From assembly GCA_964577655.1 (NCBI GenBank), contig CAZNZR010000001.1:1-62226 (forward strand): DNA of 62,226 nt. The letters are read 5' to 3'. The notes below the pieces were generated by a model. It saw only the letters and a program-made list of their open reading frames with translations, ran no database searches and was not told the origin of the DNA. The position numbers and the translations under genes were made by a program. The DNA comes from an uncultured Candidatus Saccharibacteria bacterium (GTDB lineage Bacteria > Patescibacteriota > Minisyncoccia > Phycocordibacterales > UBA5272). This document shows, one piece after another, positions 9,108 to 20,100 of this stretch (position 1 is the stretch's first letter; each line of letters begins with the position of its first letter).

Positions 9108-9707
9108 CTATTTTTCAGGCTTATATACCATCCCAAGCTGAAGAAGCTGGGACTCTTTGGTAAAATCATATCCTACTGAAGTATAAAAAGAAAAGTTTTT
9201 ATTTACTTTTCCTGTATACTTCACATTACCAATGTGTTGAGCCACATTGTCTAAGTAATGTATGAGAGTATATGCTCCAGAAAAATTTTTGCTGGCTGTG
9301 ATAGTCCCTTGCTGAACTGAAAAAAAGAATCTTGGCCTTATTTCTACTTTATTTGCTGGGTCACCAAAGCCATATCCTACCCAACTAAAGATTCCGAAAA
9401 ATTTTGTTGGATTCCAAATAAATTGACCAGAAGCATACGGCACATTGTACCAGTACCCTCCATTCACTCCAGCAGAAATGGTTTTGGAAATTTTCCTGAG
9501 ATATGTAATCTCAAGATCATCACTGCTCAGTGTGAGCATGAGTGATGATTTTTTATTTTCCAAAGTAGCATAGCCATACAGGCCGGAGGCAACTGCTCCT
9601 TTACCTGAAGCCACCTCAACTGAAGACAGCTTCATAGTGTCTTTCTGGGCGTTTGCAAGATAAAAAGAAAAAAGAATTACAAAAAACAATAAAAAATACT
9701 TTTTCAT
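9108..9707 (-). CDS. Secreted beta-strand-rich protein, possible small beta-barrel/OMP-like protein
   Basis: Signal peptide 'MKKYFLLFFVILFSFYLANA/QKD'. G/Y/F/S-rich sequence with alternating hydrophobicity throughout ('SFYTSVGYDF', 'LLQLGMVYK'). Visibly more GC-rich than the flanks. Its own terminator. Confidence 0.6.
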   Translation of the reverse strand: MKKYFLLFFVILFSFYLANAQKDTMKLSSVEVASGKGAVASGLYGYATLENKKSSLMLTLSSDDLEITYLRKISKTISAGVNGGYWYNVPYASGQFIWNPTKFFGIFSWVGYGFGDPANKVEIRPRFFFSVQQGTITASKNFSGAYTLIHYLDNVAQHIGNVKYTGKVNKNFSFYTSVGYDFTKESQLLQLGMVYKPEK

Positions 9708-9836
9708 TTCAGAAAATTTATTGATTAAAAAATGATTTACAAAACTGATTATAGTATAAACTAATTAAAATCGTTTGTCAAGGGTGAAAAAGCTTTAATT
9801 TTCAATACTTTTTTGATAGAATTTAATTATAAATTT

Positions 9837-10769
9837 ATGTCTACATCAAAATCTCTCCCAAAAATCTATGTAATCATCGGCCCTACATCTAGTGGAAAAA
9901 GTGATGTAGCTGTAGAATTAGCAAAAAAAGTAAATGGAGAGATTGTTTCTGCTGACTCTAGACAGGTCTACAAGCACTTAGACATTGGCTCTGGAAAAAT
10001 AACAAAAAAAGAAATGAAAAGCATAAAGCATTACTGTCTCGATATCGTAGACCCAGTAAAATATTCTAAAAATTATAAAAAGAATCATCAGACATTTTCT
10101 ACTCACGAATATCTCAAATATGCAAATAAAGCAATAAAAGAAATCTTAAAAAAGAAAAAGACTCCTATTATATGTGGAGGAACTGGACTATATATAGACT
10201 CAATACTTTATGGACTTCCCAAAAATGCAAAGCCGAATCCCCTACTTCGTAAAGAGCTAGAAAAAGAAGATTTAAAAAGTTTATTAAATAGGATTAAAGA
10301 ATTAAATAAAGACAAATGGAGCGAGCTAATAAAAAATGATAATCCTAGCGAAAGAAATAATAAAAGAAGATTAATAAGAATAATTGAAATACTAAACTCC
10401 AAAAAAGAAATATCGCCTCTTAATAAAATTTTAAAATACGATGTAGAATTTATTTTTTTAGAAAAGTCTAAAGAGGACTTGCGAGAAAGAATAAATCTCA
10501 GATTAAAAAAGAGGCTAGATGGAAAAGGTAAAAATAACCTAATAAACGAAGTAAAATTTTTAAGAGATAAATTAAAATTATCTGATGAATGGCTACTATC
10601 ACTCGGACTCGAGTATAAATATGTAACAGAATATCTACAAAATAAAATAACTTTAGAAAAAATGAAAGAGGAAATACAAAATAAATCTTGGCAATATGCG
10701 AAGAGGCAAATCATCTGGAATAGAAGATATAAAAATGCTATAATCTCTAATAATCAATATGCAAAATAA
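9837..10769 (+). CDS. miaA: tRNA dimethylallyltransferase
   Basis: P-loop 'IIGPTSSGKSDVAVELAK' and 'VSADSRQVYKHLDIGSGK'. The track start at 9813 is a TTG, so the ATG at 9837 (MSTSK...) is preferred. Confidence 0.9.
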   Translation: MSTSKSLPKIYVIIGPTSSGKSDVAVELAKKVNGEIVSADSRQVYKHLDIGSGKITKKEMKSIKHYCLDIVDPVKYSKNYKKNHQTFSTHEYLKYANKAIKEILKKKKTPIICGGTGLYIDSILYGLPKNAKPNPLLRKELEKEDLKSLLNRIKELNKDKWSELIKNDNPSERNNKRRLIRIIEILNSKKEISPLNKILKYDVEFIFLEKSKEDLRERINLRLKKRLDGKGKNNLINEVKFLRDKLKLSDEWLLSLGLEYKYVTEYLQNKITLEKMKEEIQNKSWQYAKRQIIWNRRYKNAIISNNQYAK

Positions 10770-12255
10770 ATACTATATAACAATTGGGCTAGAAATACAC
10801 GCTGAATTAAAGACTAATAGTAAGATGTTCTGCTCTTGTGCGAATGTACCTCTAGAAGACTCTCCCAATAAGAATGTCTGCCCTATTTGTATGGCTCATC
10901 CTGGTACACTACCAACACTCAATAAAGAAGCAATAGAAAAAATGATAAAGCTAGGAACTTATATAGGTGGAGATATTGCAGACTTCACAGAGTGGGATAG
11001 AAAGCATTATTTTTATCCTGATATGCCAAAAGCCTATCAGCTTACACAATATAAATATCCAATAATAAGTGGCGGCAAAATAAATAATTGGCCATTGACT
11101 CGTATTCATCTTGAAGAAGACACAGCAAAATCTACACATGATCAAGGAGATCACACTCTAATAGACTTTAATCGCTCTGGCGTGCCACTATCTGAGCTCG
11201 TGACAGAGCCTGTTACGTTCGAAAATATAGAAGAAGCAGCAAAAGCTTGTAGCGACTTTGCAAAAGAATATTCTCTAATATTACGGACACTAGATGTGGG
11301 AGAAGCAGAGATGAGTCGCGGACAAATGAGAATAGAAGTAAATCTGTCTGTGAGTAAAGATAAGAATAAATATGGTACAAAAGTAGAAGTGAAAAATATT
11401 AACTCATTCAAATCTGTAGAAGACTCTGTGAGATATGAAGCAAAGAGACATATAGAATTAATCGAGGAAGGTAAAGCTGATGAGATAGTTCAAGAGACTA
11501 GAGGCTTCGAAGAAAATAAAAGAATAACTTTGTCACAAAGAAAAAAGGAAACTTCTGCAGACTACAAATATTTCCCAGATCCTGATTTACCAAAATTATA
11601 CTTGTATTCTATCTTTGATATAGAAGAAATAAAAAATACTCTGCCTAAAAAATTAGAAGATATACGAAAAGATCTAAAAGATATAAATGTGAAAGAAGAA
11701 TATGTAGAATTATTACTCAATAATTACACTTTATTTAAATATTTTAATGAAATAAAAAAAGAAATAGAAAATCATGATTGGAATAGTGAAAAGAAAAATA
11801 AATTAACCAATCTCGCTGTTAACTATATAATAGTAGATGTATCCGCTATCTTACAAAAAGAAAATAAAGAAAGATTGGTACATTTTGTAGATAAAGAAGA
11901 CTTTGTACAAATCCTAGACATGCTAGATAATAATGAACTATCTAGTCGCGGAGCAAAAGACCTCATATTATTCATGATGACAGAGATGCCTTATGATACT
12001 ATGCTAGAAATGAGTGAAAATGATATGAGTGCTAGACAAATAGCAGAAATGAAAGGATTAATACAAAAAAATGATAAAGATAGTCTAATAGCTATAATAG
12101 ATACTGTAATAGCAAATAATAGTAAGCAATATGAGGAACTAAAATCTGGTAATGAGAAATTAATCATGTTCTTCGTTGGACAAGCTATGAAAGAAGCAAA
12201 AGGCTCTGGCAATCCTCAGTTATTCACAGAAATAATAAAAGAAAAAATTTCTTAA
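10759..12255 (+). CDS. gatB: Asp/Glu-tRNA(Asn/Gln) amidotransferase subunit B
   Basis: 'IGLEIHAELKTNSKMFCSC', 'CPICMAHPGTLP', 'RIHLEEDTAKS', plus a C-terminal GatB/YqeY domain. Overlaps miaA by 11 nt. No gatA or gatC nearby. Confidence 0.95.
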   Translation: MQNKYYITIGLEIHAELKTNSKMFCSCANVPLEDSPNKNVCPICMAHPGTLPTLNKEAIEKMIKLGTYIGGDIADFTEWDRKHYFYPDMPKAYQLTQYKYPIISGGKINNWPLTRIHLEEDTAKSTHDQGDHTLIDFNRSGVPLSELVTEPVTFENIEEAAKACSDFAKEYSLILRTLDVGEAEMSRGQMRIEVNLSVSKDKNKYGTKVEVKNINSFKSVEDSVRYEAKRHIELIEEGKADEIVQETRGFEENKRITLSQRKKETSADYKYFPDPDLPKLYLYSIFDIEEIKNTLPKKLEDIRKDLKDINVKEEYVELLLNNYTLFKYFNEIKKEIENHDWNSEKKNKLTNLAVNYIIVDVSAILQKENKERLVHFVDKEDFVQILDMLDNNELSSRGAKDLILFMMTEMPYDTMLEMSENDMSARQIAEMKGLIQKNDKDSLIAIIDTVIANNSKQYEELKSGNEKLIMFFVGQAMKEAKGSGNPQLFTEIIKEKIS

Positions 12256-12275
12256 AAATCTCTTTATTTTAAAGG

Positions 12276-13298
12276 TTATTTTGAAGATAATATTTTATCT
12301 AATTTTTTCTCAAAATCTTTTAGAGATTTATCGTCAAATAGTGAAAGTGTGATGATGTCCTCTTTGTTTTGTTTACTAACTTTTGCAAGATCACCCACTT
12401 TTTTATCTAATTCTTTTTGTGTTTTTATTTCATCTATTTTAGTAAAAATTACTATTTCTTTTTTCTTAGAAAGCTCGTTGCCTTTGGTACTTAGTAGTCC
12501 ATCTTCTTTATTTTTCTTATCATAATTCTTTAACTCTTCTCTCACTGTCTTGTAGGCCAGCTTTACATCAGTATTTTCAGCTGAGACTAGATGAAATAAT
12601 AGTTTTGTGCGAGAAATATGCTTTAAAAATTTAAATCCAAGACCTTTTCCTTCACTTGCTCCCTCTATAATACCCGGTATATCCGCTAAAATATATTTTT
12701 TATAACTACCAAGATTTGGCTCTAGTGTAGTGAAAGCATAATTACCTATCTTAGCATTAGTATTGGTGATAGCATTTAATAGTGACGATTTTCCAGCATT
12801 AGGAAGACCAATAAGTCCAGCATCTGCTATGAGCTTTAACTCTATCTCCAGCTCAGCATCTTCGCCTCTTTCCCCTTTTGTGAATTCTTCTGGAGCTCTA
12901 TTGGTACTAGTCTTAAAATTCTCATTACCTAGTCCACCTTTACCACCATGAAGAATTAAAATATCTTCTCCGACTTTATTACATTCGTATTTTATATTAT
13001 AAGTCTTATTATAGACAATTGCTCCTACTGGTACTCTTAAAAATAGATCTGTCGCATTACCGCCATGCATGCTTTTTTTCTTTCCAGCTTCACCAGTATT
13101 AGCTTCCCACTCTTTTTTATTCTTGTAGTCATCTAATGCTTGTTTATCTTGAACAACACGAAGATACACATCTCCGCCTTTACCACCATCACCTCCAGCT
13201 GGTCCGCCAAAAGCAATATGCTTTTCTCTTCTCCAGCGGACTACCCCTGTTCCTCCATTTCCAGCTTTTACTTTTAGTAATATATGATCAATAAGCAT
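12276..13298 (-). CDS. obg: GTPase Obg/CgtA
   Basis: Glycine-rich Obg fold 'KAGNGGTGVVRWRREKHIAFGGPAGGDGGKGGDV'. G1 'GLPNAGKSSLL' and G3 'DIPGIIEGA'. Confidence 0.95.
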   Translation of the reverse strand: MLIDHILLKVKAGNGGTGVVRWRREKHIAFGGPAGGDGGKGGDVYLRVVQDKQALDDYKNKKEWEANTGEAGKKKSMHGGNATDLFLRVPVGAIVYNKTYNIKYECNKVGEDILILHGGKGGLGNENFKTSTNRAPEEFTKGERGEDAELEIELKLIADAGLIGLPNAGKSSLLNAITNTNAKIGNYAFTTLEPNLGSYKKYILADIPGIIEGASEGKGLGFKFLKHISRTKLLFHLVSAENTDVKLAYKTVREELKNYDKKNKEDGLLSTKGNELSKKKEIVIFTKIDEIKTQKELDKKVGDLAKVSKQNKEDIITLSLFDDKSLKDFEKKLDKILSSK

Positions 13299-13347
13299 AA
13301 ATTTATTATGTTATAATAACATACCTTATATGAAAAGTATAGACTAC

Positions 13348-14796
13348 TTAAAAATTCTTTAACCTGTATGCTTTTTCGTGATCACGAATCTTTTCATGGA
13401 CTTTTGCCTCTATCTGACGAATTCTCTCTCTTGTCACTTGGAATTCTTCTCCCACTTCTTCTAGAGTATGCATGACGCCATTATATATACCAAGACCATT
13501 TCTCATCTCTACTATCTTTCTCTCTTTTTCTGAGAGATCCATGAGTATCTCATTAATCTGATCTGCAAGTATTCTCCTGCTTGCCTCCTGATCTGGAGAG
13601 AGTATTTTATCATCGCTAACAAATTCTCCCAGTGATGACTTATCATCTTCATCGCCTGTTGGCTTTTCTAAAGAAAGTGTCTCTTGATCAATATTTTCTA
13701 TGACATGTATCTTTTCCACATCTATACCCATCTCATCAGCAATCTCTTCTGCTAATGGCTCTCTTCCAAGATCTTGAGAAAGTCTCCTGACTACCTGTTT
13801 GTATTTAGCGATAGTCTCCACCATGTGGACTGGTATACGAATTGTGCGAGATTGATCTGCAAGGGCACGAGTTATACCTTGCCTTATCCACCAACAAGCA
13901 TAAGTTGAGAATTTATATCCTTTACTAAAATCATACTTTTCTACTGCCTTAAATAGACCGAGATTACCTTCTTGAATAAGATCAAGTAGAGTAAGATTTG
14001 GACTTCTACCTACATATTTTTTTGCAAATGTTACTACAAGTCTGAGATTGGCTTTAGCTAAAATATTTTTAGCTTCTTCATCACCCATCTCAATTCTCTT
14101 TGCTAGTTCTTTCTCTTCTTCACTAGAAAGTAGTGGGTATTGCCCTATCTCTTTTAGATAAATCTGAATACTATCGTGATTAACATCTTCTCTTGCAAGC
14201 TTGGCAAGATCTTCATCCATATCAAGTAGATTACTACCATCAAGAATATCTACTCCTGCAATAGACAGCTTTTCATATAATTCATCTAGAAATGTAATAT
14301 CTGTCTCTAGATCTGGAAAGATCTTTATTATGTCATCATAGGTAATAAAACCTCTCTCTTTTCCTTTTTTTATTATTTCATTTTCTTTTTCTATTTTTTC
14401 TAATGCAGATCTAGTGAGCTTCACGGGCTTCTGTTTATCTTTCTTTTTATTTTGCTTTTCAATTTTTTTCTTATTATCTTCTATTCTTTTCTGACGATCT
14501 TTTTTATCTTTAGCATTTTTAATTTCTCTTCTCTTTTTTTCTTCTATCTTTTCTTTCTCAGTAAGAACTTTCAAATTCACAAACTTATTAGTTTTTTGAT
14601 CTTTCTTTTTAAGCGCCTTTTTCGAAATATTTTTTTTATTAGTAAGCTTCTTCTTTATAGTGATTTTAGTTTTCTTTTTTGTTTGTATCTTTTTCTTTGT
14701 TTTTACTGGCCTCTTGGTAATCTTTTTCGAAATTTTTTTATTCTGTTTTTTAACAGATTTTTTGGTAAGTTTTTTAGTAAGTTTGTTTTTGGTCAT
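13348..14796 (-). CDS. rpoD: RNA polymerase primary sigma factor (sigma-70) with a Lys-rich N-terminal extension
   Basis: Region 2 '[39 protein letters not shown]', region 3, and region 4 '[20 protein letters not shown]'. The first ~130 aa are K-rich low complexity. Confidence 0.95.
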   Translation of the reverse strand: MTKNKLTKKLTKKSVKKQNKKISKKITKRPVKTKKKIQTKKKTKITIKKKLTNKKNISKKALKKKDQKTNKFVNLKVLTEKEKIEEKKRREIKNAKDKKDRQKRIEDNKKKIEKQNKKKDKQKPVKLTRSALEKIEKENEIIKKGKERGFITYDDIIKIFPDLETDITFLDELYEKLSIAGVDILDGSNLLDMDEDLAKLAREDVNHDSIQIYLKEIGQYPLLSSEEEKELAKRIEMGDEEAKNILAKANLRLVVTFAKKYVGRSPNLTLLDLIQEGNLGLFKAVEKYDFSKGYKFSTYACWWIRQGITRALADQSRTIRIPVHMVETIAKYKQVVRRLSQDLGREPLAEEIADEMGIDVEKIHVIENIDQETLSLEKPTGDEDDKSSLGEFVSDDKILSPDQEASRRILADQINEILMDLSEKERKIVEMRNGLGIYNGVMHTLEEVGEEFQVTRERIRQIEAKVHEKIRDHEKAYRLKNF

Positions 14797-14877
14797 AAAA
14801 AATATTTTTAGCTATTTTAATATTAAAATTTATTAAAAACTAGCGAAGGCAAAACACGCTCTTGTCAAATTTTATAT

Positions 14878-14906
14878 ATTATACTTTATACAAAAAAAAT
14901 ATGCAA
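14878..14906 (-). promoter_or_regulatory. Candidate rpoD promoter (TTGCAT-N17-TATAAT) inside the dnaG-rpoD spacer
   Basis: Read on the minus strand: TTGCAT (14906..14901), 17-nt spacer ATTTTTTTTGTATAAAG, TATAAT (14883..14878). About 80 nt upstream of the rpoD ATG. Confidence 0.5.
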
Positions 14907-14975
14907 GTCTTTTCTTAAGATCTTATCTGTAACGAAGCTTTACTGTACGAAAATTGGCGCTAGAGCGAGCTTTGT

Positions 14976-16727
14976 TTATATTTTAATATTCTTTAGATTT
15001 TGAATTTCTTTGTGAATATAAGATAATCTTTTGATTTCGTCCTCGCTCTCTTCTTTTTTAATTCGTGATTTGATTGATTCAGATTCTTCCTGTAAAAGCT
15101 CTATCTTATAGCTTCTTACTAGATCGGATAAAAGATTATCAATAAATTTTTTCTCATTATCATTAAATATGTTGTTATTAGCGGTCTCTTTTTGAATCTT
15201 AATTATTTCTTTTTCTATTATTTCTTGAGATAATTCTTTCTGGTTGTCAATAAAATTTTCCTTAAAATCAATTAAAGAAAATTCTTCTTTTGGAATGTTG
15301 TCTTCTTTCTCTCCAAAAAATCTGTGTATAAATTTATCTTGATCAATATTTCTCCAGCCTAAAATAGCTAAGATAGATATAAGAATTTTATTTTTTTTGG
15401 AAATCTGTAACATATATTCTTTTTCTTCTTTCTTTTCTTCGGTATCTATCTTTACTTTTTTAAAATCATCAAAAATCGCCTGCGCGCTAATATCTAATTT
15501 TTGAGATAAGGATTTTAAGAAATAATCTTTATCAGTATTATGCTCTAAAGCTCTCCAATAAGGAGCTATCTCTTTTATTATTCTAATATTTCTTTCTCTT
15601 TCATCTTTTGTTTTAAGTAGACCATTTGCCACCAAATACTCTATAATATGTTGCCTCTTTTCCAATAATTCTTCCCACGCCCGTCCTCCATATTCTTTAA
15701 TAAGATCAGCCGTATCTTTTACTCCTATTTTTTTTGGTACTACAAAAGCGTCTAATCCTCCAAAGAGTGAAAGAAGGGCGCATTTTTTCATAGCTTGCTC
15801 CCCAGCCTCATCTTGATCAAAAGCTAATAATACTTTTTCAGCAAATCTTTTAAGAATCTTAATGTGTTCATCTGTGACACTAGTCCCAGATGTAGCTACA
15901 ATATTTGTAATACCAGCTTGATAACTCATTATCATATCCATTTGCCCTTCAACAAGAATTATTTCTTTCTTTTCAGCAATACTCTTTTTAGCTAGATCAT
16001 AGCCAAATAATATTTTACTTTTATGATAAATGGGGGTCTCTGGCGAATTGATATATTTTCCCATTTTTCCATCGTCGAACTTTGGAAGTATTCTTGCGGA
16101 AAAACCTACCACATTACCAAAAGTATTCTTAATAGGAAACATTATTCTTCCTCTAAATCTGTCGAAATATTTCTCTTCACCATCCTTTTTTATAACCACT
16201 CCCGCTTCTATCATTTCTTCAGGAGTAAATCCTTCTTTAGATAAACTTATAAATAAATCCCTCCAACCATTTTCACCTCCAAGAGAAAATCCTATATCAA
16301 AGGCTTTTATGGTCTCTCCATTAAGCCCTCTACTGTCTAAATAAATTTTTGCTTCAGGAGAATTTTCTAGATTTCTTTTGTAATGAATAGTGGCTTTCTG
16401 TAAAAGGGATATGAGATTTGTCTCTTTATCTTTTTGTTCTTTTTTGTATGGGGCTAGCTTTATACCAGCTCTATCAGCTAATATGTTTAGCGCCTCAAAA
16501 AAAGGAACACTTTCCATCTTTTCTACAAAAGAAAATATATCGCCATGTGAAGAGCAGCCAAAACAATGATATGTTCCACGATCGGGAGACACAAAAAAAC
16601 TTGGAGATTTCTCATTATGAAATGGGCATCTACCTTTATATTGACTTCCGGCTTTTTCAAGTCTGACATAAGTAGATACAACATCTAGTATGGATAGTGT
16701 CTGCTTGATCTGATCTTTAGGATTCAT
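14976..16727 (-). CDS. dnaG: DNA primase
   Basis: Zinc finger 'CPFHNEKSPSFFVSPDRGTYHCFGCSSHGD'. TOPRIM 'ILVEGQMDMI' and 'AFDQDEAGEQA'. Start reassigned to 'MNPKDQIK' (16727). The 39 codons upstream in the track ORF are hydrophobic junk that overlaps a promoter. Confidence 0.9.
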   Translation of the reverse strand: MNPKDQIKQTLSILDVVSTYVRLEKAGSQYKGRCPFHNEKSPSFFVSPDRGTYHCFGCSSHGDIFSFVEKMESVPFFEALNILADRAGIKLAPYKKEQKDKETNLISLLQKATIHYKRNLENSPEAKIYLDSRGLNGETIKAFDIGFSLGGENGWRDLFISLSKEGFTPEEMIEAGVVIKKDGEEKYFDRFRGRIMFPIKNTFGNVVGFSARILPKFDDGKMGKYINSPETPIYHKSKILFGYDLAKKSIAEKKEIILVEGQMDMIMSYQAGITNIVATSGTSVTDEHIKILKRFAEKVLLAFDQDEAGEQAMKKCALLSLFGGLDAFVVPKKIGVKDTADLIKEYGGRAWEELLEKRQHIIEYLVANGLLKTKDERERNIRIIKEIAPYWRALEHNTDKDYFLKSLSQKLDISAQAIFDDFKKVKIDTEEKKEEKEYMLQISKKNKILISILAILGWRNIDQDKFIHRFFGEKEDNIPKEEFSLIDFKENFIDNQKELSQEIIEKEIIKIQKETANNNIFNDNEKKFIDNLLSDLVRSYKIELLQEESESIKSRIKKEESEDEIKRLSYIHKEIQNLKNIKI

Positions 16728-16781
16728 AATAATTATATCTATTCTACCAAAAATACAAGAAATAATGAAAAGAAAAACTAC

Positions 16782-16810
16782 TTGACAATTAAATAGTATT
16801 ATGCTATACT
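16782..16810 (+). promoter_or_regulatory. Near-consensus extended -10 promoter (TTGACA-N17-TGcTATACT)
   Basis: TTGACA at 16782-16787, 17-nt spacer, TG at 16802-16803, TATACT at 16805-16810. It points at the small ORF 16848..17042. Confidence 0.55.
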
Positions 16811-16847
16811 GTATATGGTTTATATTCTTAAATTTCAAAAACAAAAA

Positions 16848-17042
16848 ATGAAAGAAGTAATAAAAAAGGCTGTGATAAGCCTAGCCCTTTTAGCGATCCA
16901 GCTTTGTTATGTGGTAGCTATATACCACTTAGCTAAAACAATGAGTCCTGAAATGAATATGGCTCTATATTTCATTGGGCTTGTAGGGTCAGTATTTATA
17001 TTTTATATGATATTTCTAGTCCTTAATAAGACTGCTGGATAA
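16848..17042 (+). CDS. Small two-TM membrane protein (64 aa)
   Basis: Bracketed by the consensus promoter (16782-16810) and the terminator (17047-17080). Two hydrophobic helices. Start moved to MKEVIKK because the predicted TSS lies at about 16817. Confidence 0.45.
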   Translation: MKEVIKKAVISLALLAIQLCYVVAIYHLAKTMSPEMNMALYFIGLVGSVFIFYMIFLVLNKTAG

Positions 17043-17046
17043 CTGA

Positions 17047-17080
17047 CAAAAAATCCCAATTGCTTGATTGGGATTTTTTC
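17047..17080. terminator. Bidirectional intrinsic terminator (small ORF on +, rpoC on -)
   Basis: AAAAAATCCCAAT-tgcttg-ATTGGGATTTTTT: 8-10 bp stem flanked by A and T tracts. Confidence 0.7.
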
Positions 17081-17108
17081 TTTTATAAAATGTTTCTTAA
17101 AATTTATT

Positions 17109-20100
17109 TTATTCTTCTATTTCTTTTTCTTCCACACCTGTTCCAGCAGGGATAAGTTTACCTATAATCACATTTTCTTTTAGCCCTTGAAGTTTATCAA
17201 CTTGCCCTCTAGTAGAAGCATTGATAAGGACTTTGGTAGTATGCTGGAATGAAGCAGAAGAAAGCCAAGAGTTTGTGGTCAAAGCTACTTCTGAAATACC
17301 TAAGATAAGATTAATTCCTTTAGCCGAAGAGCCTCCTTGGTCTTTTACTCTATCATTTTCAATTCTAAAGTCAGATATTTCTACTACTTCTCCAGGAGTA
17401 AATATAGTATCTCCAGCTTCTTTAATCTTTACTCTTGATAACATCTGCTTAATGATAAGCTCCATATGCTTTCTAGATATAGAAGCTCCTTGAAGTTCAT
17501 ATACTTTATTCAATTCATTTACAATATATTCTTCCGCAGTATCTTTACCAGCCAAATCATATAAATCTTCTATATTTAGAGATCCGTCTGTTAAAGCTTG
17601 GCCCTTCTTTATCTTATCCCCTACTTTTACTATTGGTCTTCTGGAGTAGGCCATGTCATATTCTATTTTCATTCCTTTTTTCTTTGCTTGTGCATATGAT
17701 CCATCATCATCACTCATAACAACTATTTTCTTTTCTTTTCCATCTCTCCTAATCTCTATAACCTCACCATTAGATAATGATATGACTCCAGGATTCTTAG
17801 GAGATCTCCTCTCAAATATTTCTGCGACACGAGGAAGACCTGTCGTGATATCGAGACCTGAGGCAGATCCACCTTTAGAATATCCTCCTTTTACTGAAGA
17901 CACTGTAAGCTGTGTCCCTGGCTCTCCAATAGCCTGAGCAGCTATAATACCAACTGCTTCACCAACTTTTACCAATTCATTTCTAGCAAGATCGAGACCA
18001 TAACATCTCTGACATACTCCGTGTATTGATTCACAGGAAAGCGGAGAATATACATAGGACTCTTCTATTCCAGAATCCTCTATTAATCTTACATCCTCCT
18101 TCTTTACTAGATGTCCTTTTTTAAATAAAAGCTTACCATCTTTGTTAATAAAATCTTGAGCCAAAACTCTTCCTTTTATGCTTTTAGCGAGTGGGATCTC
18201 TATACCTAACACATTTTCTGTCTTCATTAATTTGCAATTCTTTGTTCCACAATTTTCTTCTGAGACTATAACATCCTGTGATACATCTACTAATCTTCTA
18301 GTCAAATATCCAGCTTCTGCTGTCTTTAAGGCTGTGTCAGAAGCTCCTTTTCTAGCGCCATAAGTAGTAATAAAGTATTCTATAGGAGACAATCCTTCTT
18401 TGTTAGAAGATATAATAGGAAAATCAATATTTCTTCCAGAAGAATTGATAATAATTCCTCTCATACCAGCCAATTGTATAAGCTGCTTAACAGATCCTCT
18501 GGCTCCAGAAGTTACAAGATTATAAACTGAGCCATACTTTTCTATAGCCTTAGTAGACATAAGACTTTCTATCTCTTTTCTAATAGTATTCCAATTCTCT
18601 ATAACTTTCTGATATCTTTCTTCTTCCGATAAAAGCCCAGACTCATAAAATTCTTGTATTTTTAACTCTCCTTTTCTACCTTTTTCTATTATTTCTTTTT
18701 TTTCTTCAGGAACTTTAACAGCATCTATACCCCAAGTAGTACCAGAGACCGTAGCATATTTAAATCCAAAAGATTTTATTTTATCTATTATTTTTGGAGC
18801 AGCTTCAAAACCATATTGCATAATTATTTTGTCGATAATTTTATTCATATTATTTCCTCCAACTTGCTCATTAATATACTCAAAATCATCAGGTAAAATA
18901 GAATTAAATCTTAATCTGCCAACAGTAGTTTCAAATCGCTTTCCTTCAAATTTATTATATTTTTCTTTTCCTGTAGGTACAACTAATATTTTTGCTCTTA
19001 TATCAATTATTCCAAATTCGTGTGCTGTGATAGCTTCATTTGGAGATGGGAAATATTTACCTTCTCCTTTTGCGCCCGGCAATTCTGTAGTAAGCCAAAA
19101 ACATCCAAGAAGCATGTCCATGCGAGGATTAACAATGGAATCACCTGTCCCGGGTCTTAGTAAATTTCTATCTGCTGCCATAAGCTCTCTAGCTTCTTTC
19201 TGAGCCTCTTCTGATAAAGGAAGATGAACAGCCATTTGGTCACCATCGAAGTCAGCGTTGAATCCAATACACACTAAAGGATGAAGCTGAATAGCATTAC
19301 CTTCTATCATTTTAGGCTTAAAGGCTTGAATACCTAATCTATGTAGAGTTGGGGCACGATTGAGAAGTACATATTTACCTTCTATTACTTCTTCTAATAT
19401 TTCCCATACTTCTGGAATACCATCTTCAATTAGCTTATTCGCACCTCTAATATTAAAAGTAAATTCTCTTTCTAATAATTTAGAAATTACGAAAGGCTTG
19501 AAAAGTTCAAGAACCATATGTTTAGGAAGGCCACATTCATCTATCGCAAGATCTGGACCAATCACAATAACAGAACGAGCAGAATAATCTACACGCTTTC
19601 CGAGAAGATTTTGTCTGAAAAGACCAGATTTAGATCTTATACCGTCAGATAAAGACTTTAATTGTCTTTTTTGTCCAATTATAGTAGTAGCTTCTTGACC
19701 TCTTCTCATAGAATTATCTATAAGCGCATCAACAGCTTCTTGAAGAATTCTTTTTTCGTTTCTCAAAATAACCTCTGGAGCATTTATCTCTTTTAATTTT
19801 AATAATCTATTATTTCTGTTTATAACTCTTCTGTAAAGATCATTGACATCACTTGTAGCATATCTACCTCCTTCGAGAGCTACCATAGGACGAATTCCTG
19901 GTGGGATAACTGGAAGAGCTGTGATGAACATCCATTCTGGTCTTATGTTAGCACTCTTAAATGCTCGAACTAAAGAAAGTCGTTTTTCTTGTTTTTCTTT
20001 TTCTAAACTAGAAATTTTTTCTAACCTTTTCTCTATTTCTTTTTCCAGATCATCAAGATTAATATTTTTAAAAACATTATATATGGCTTCTGGACCTATC

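Noticed and set aside
16728-16844. N-terminal extension of the dnaG track ORF ('MFLKFKNINHIQYSIILFNCQVVFLFIISCIFGRIDIII')
   Set aside because: No primase homology. It overlaps the divergent consensus promoter at 16782-16810. Canonical DnaG N-termini start just before the zinc finger, as 'MNPKDQIK...' does.
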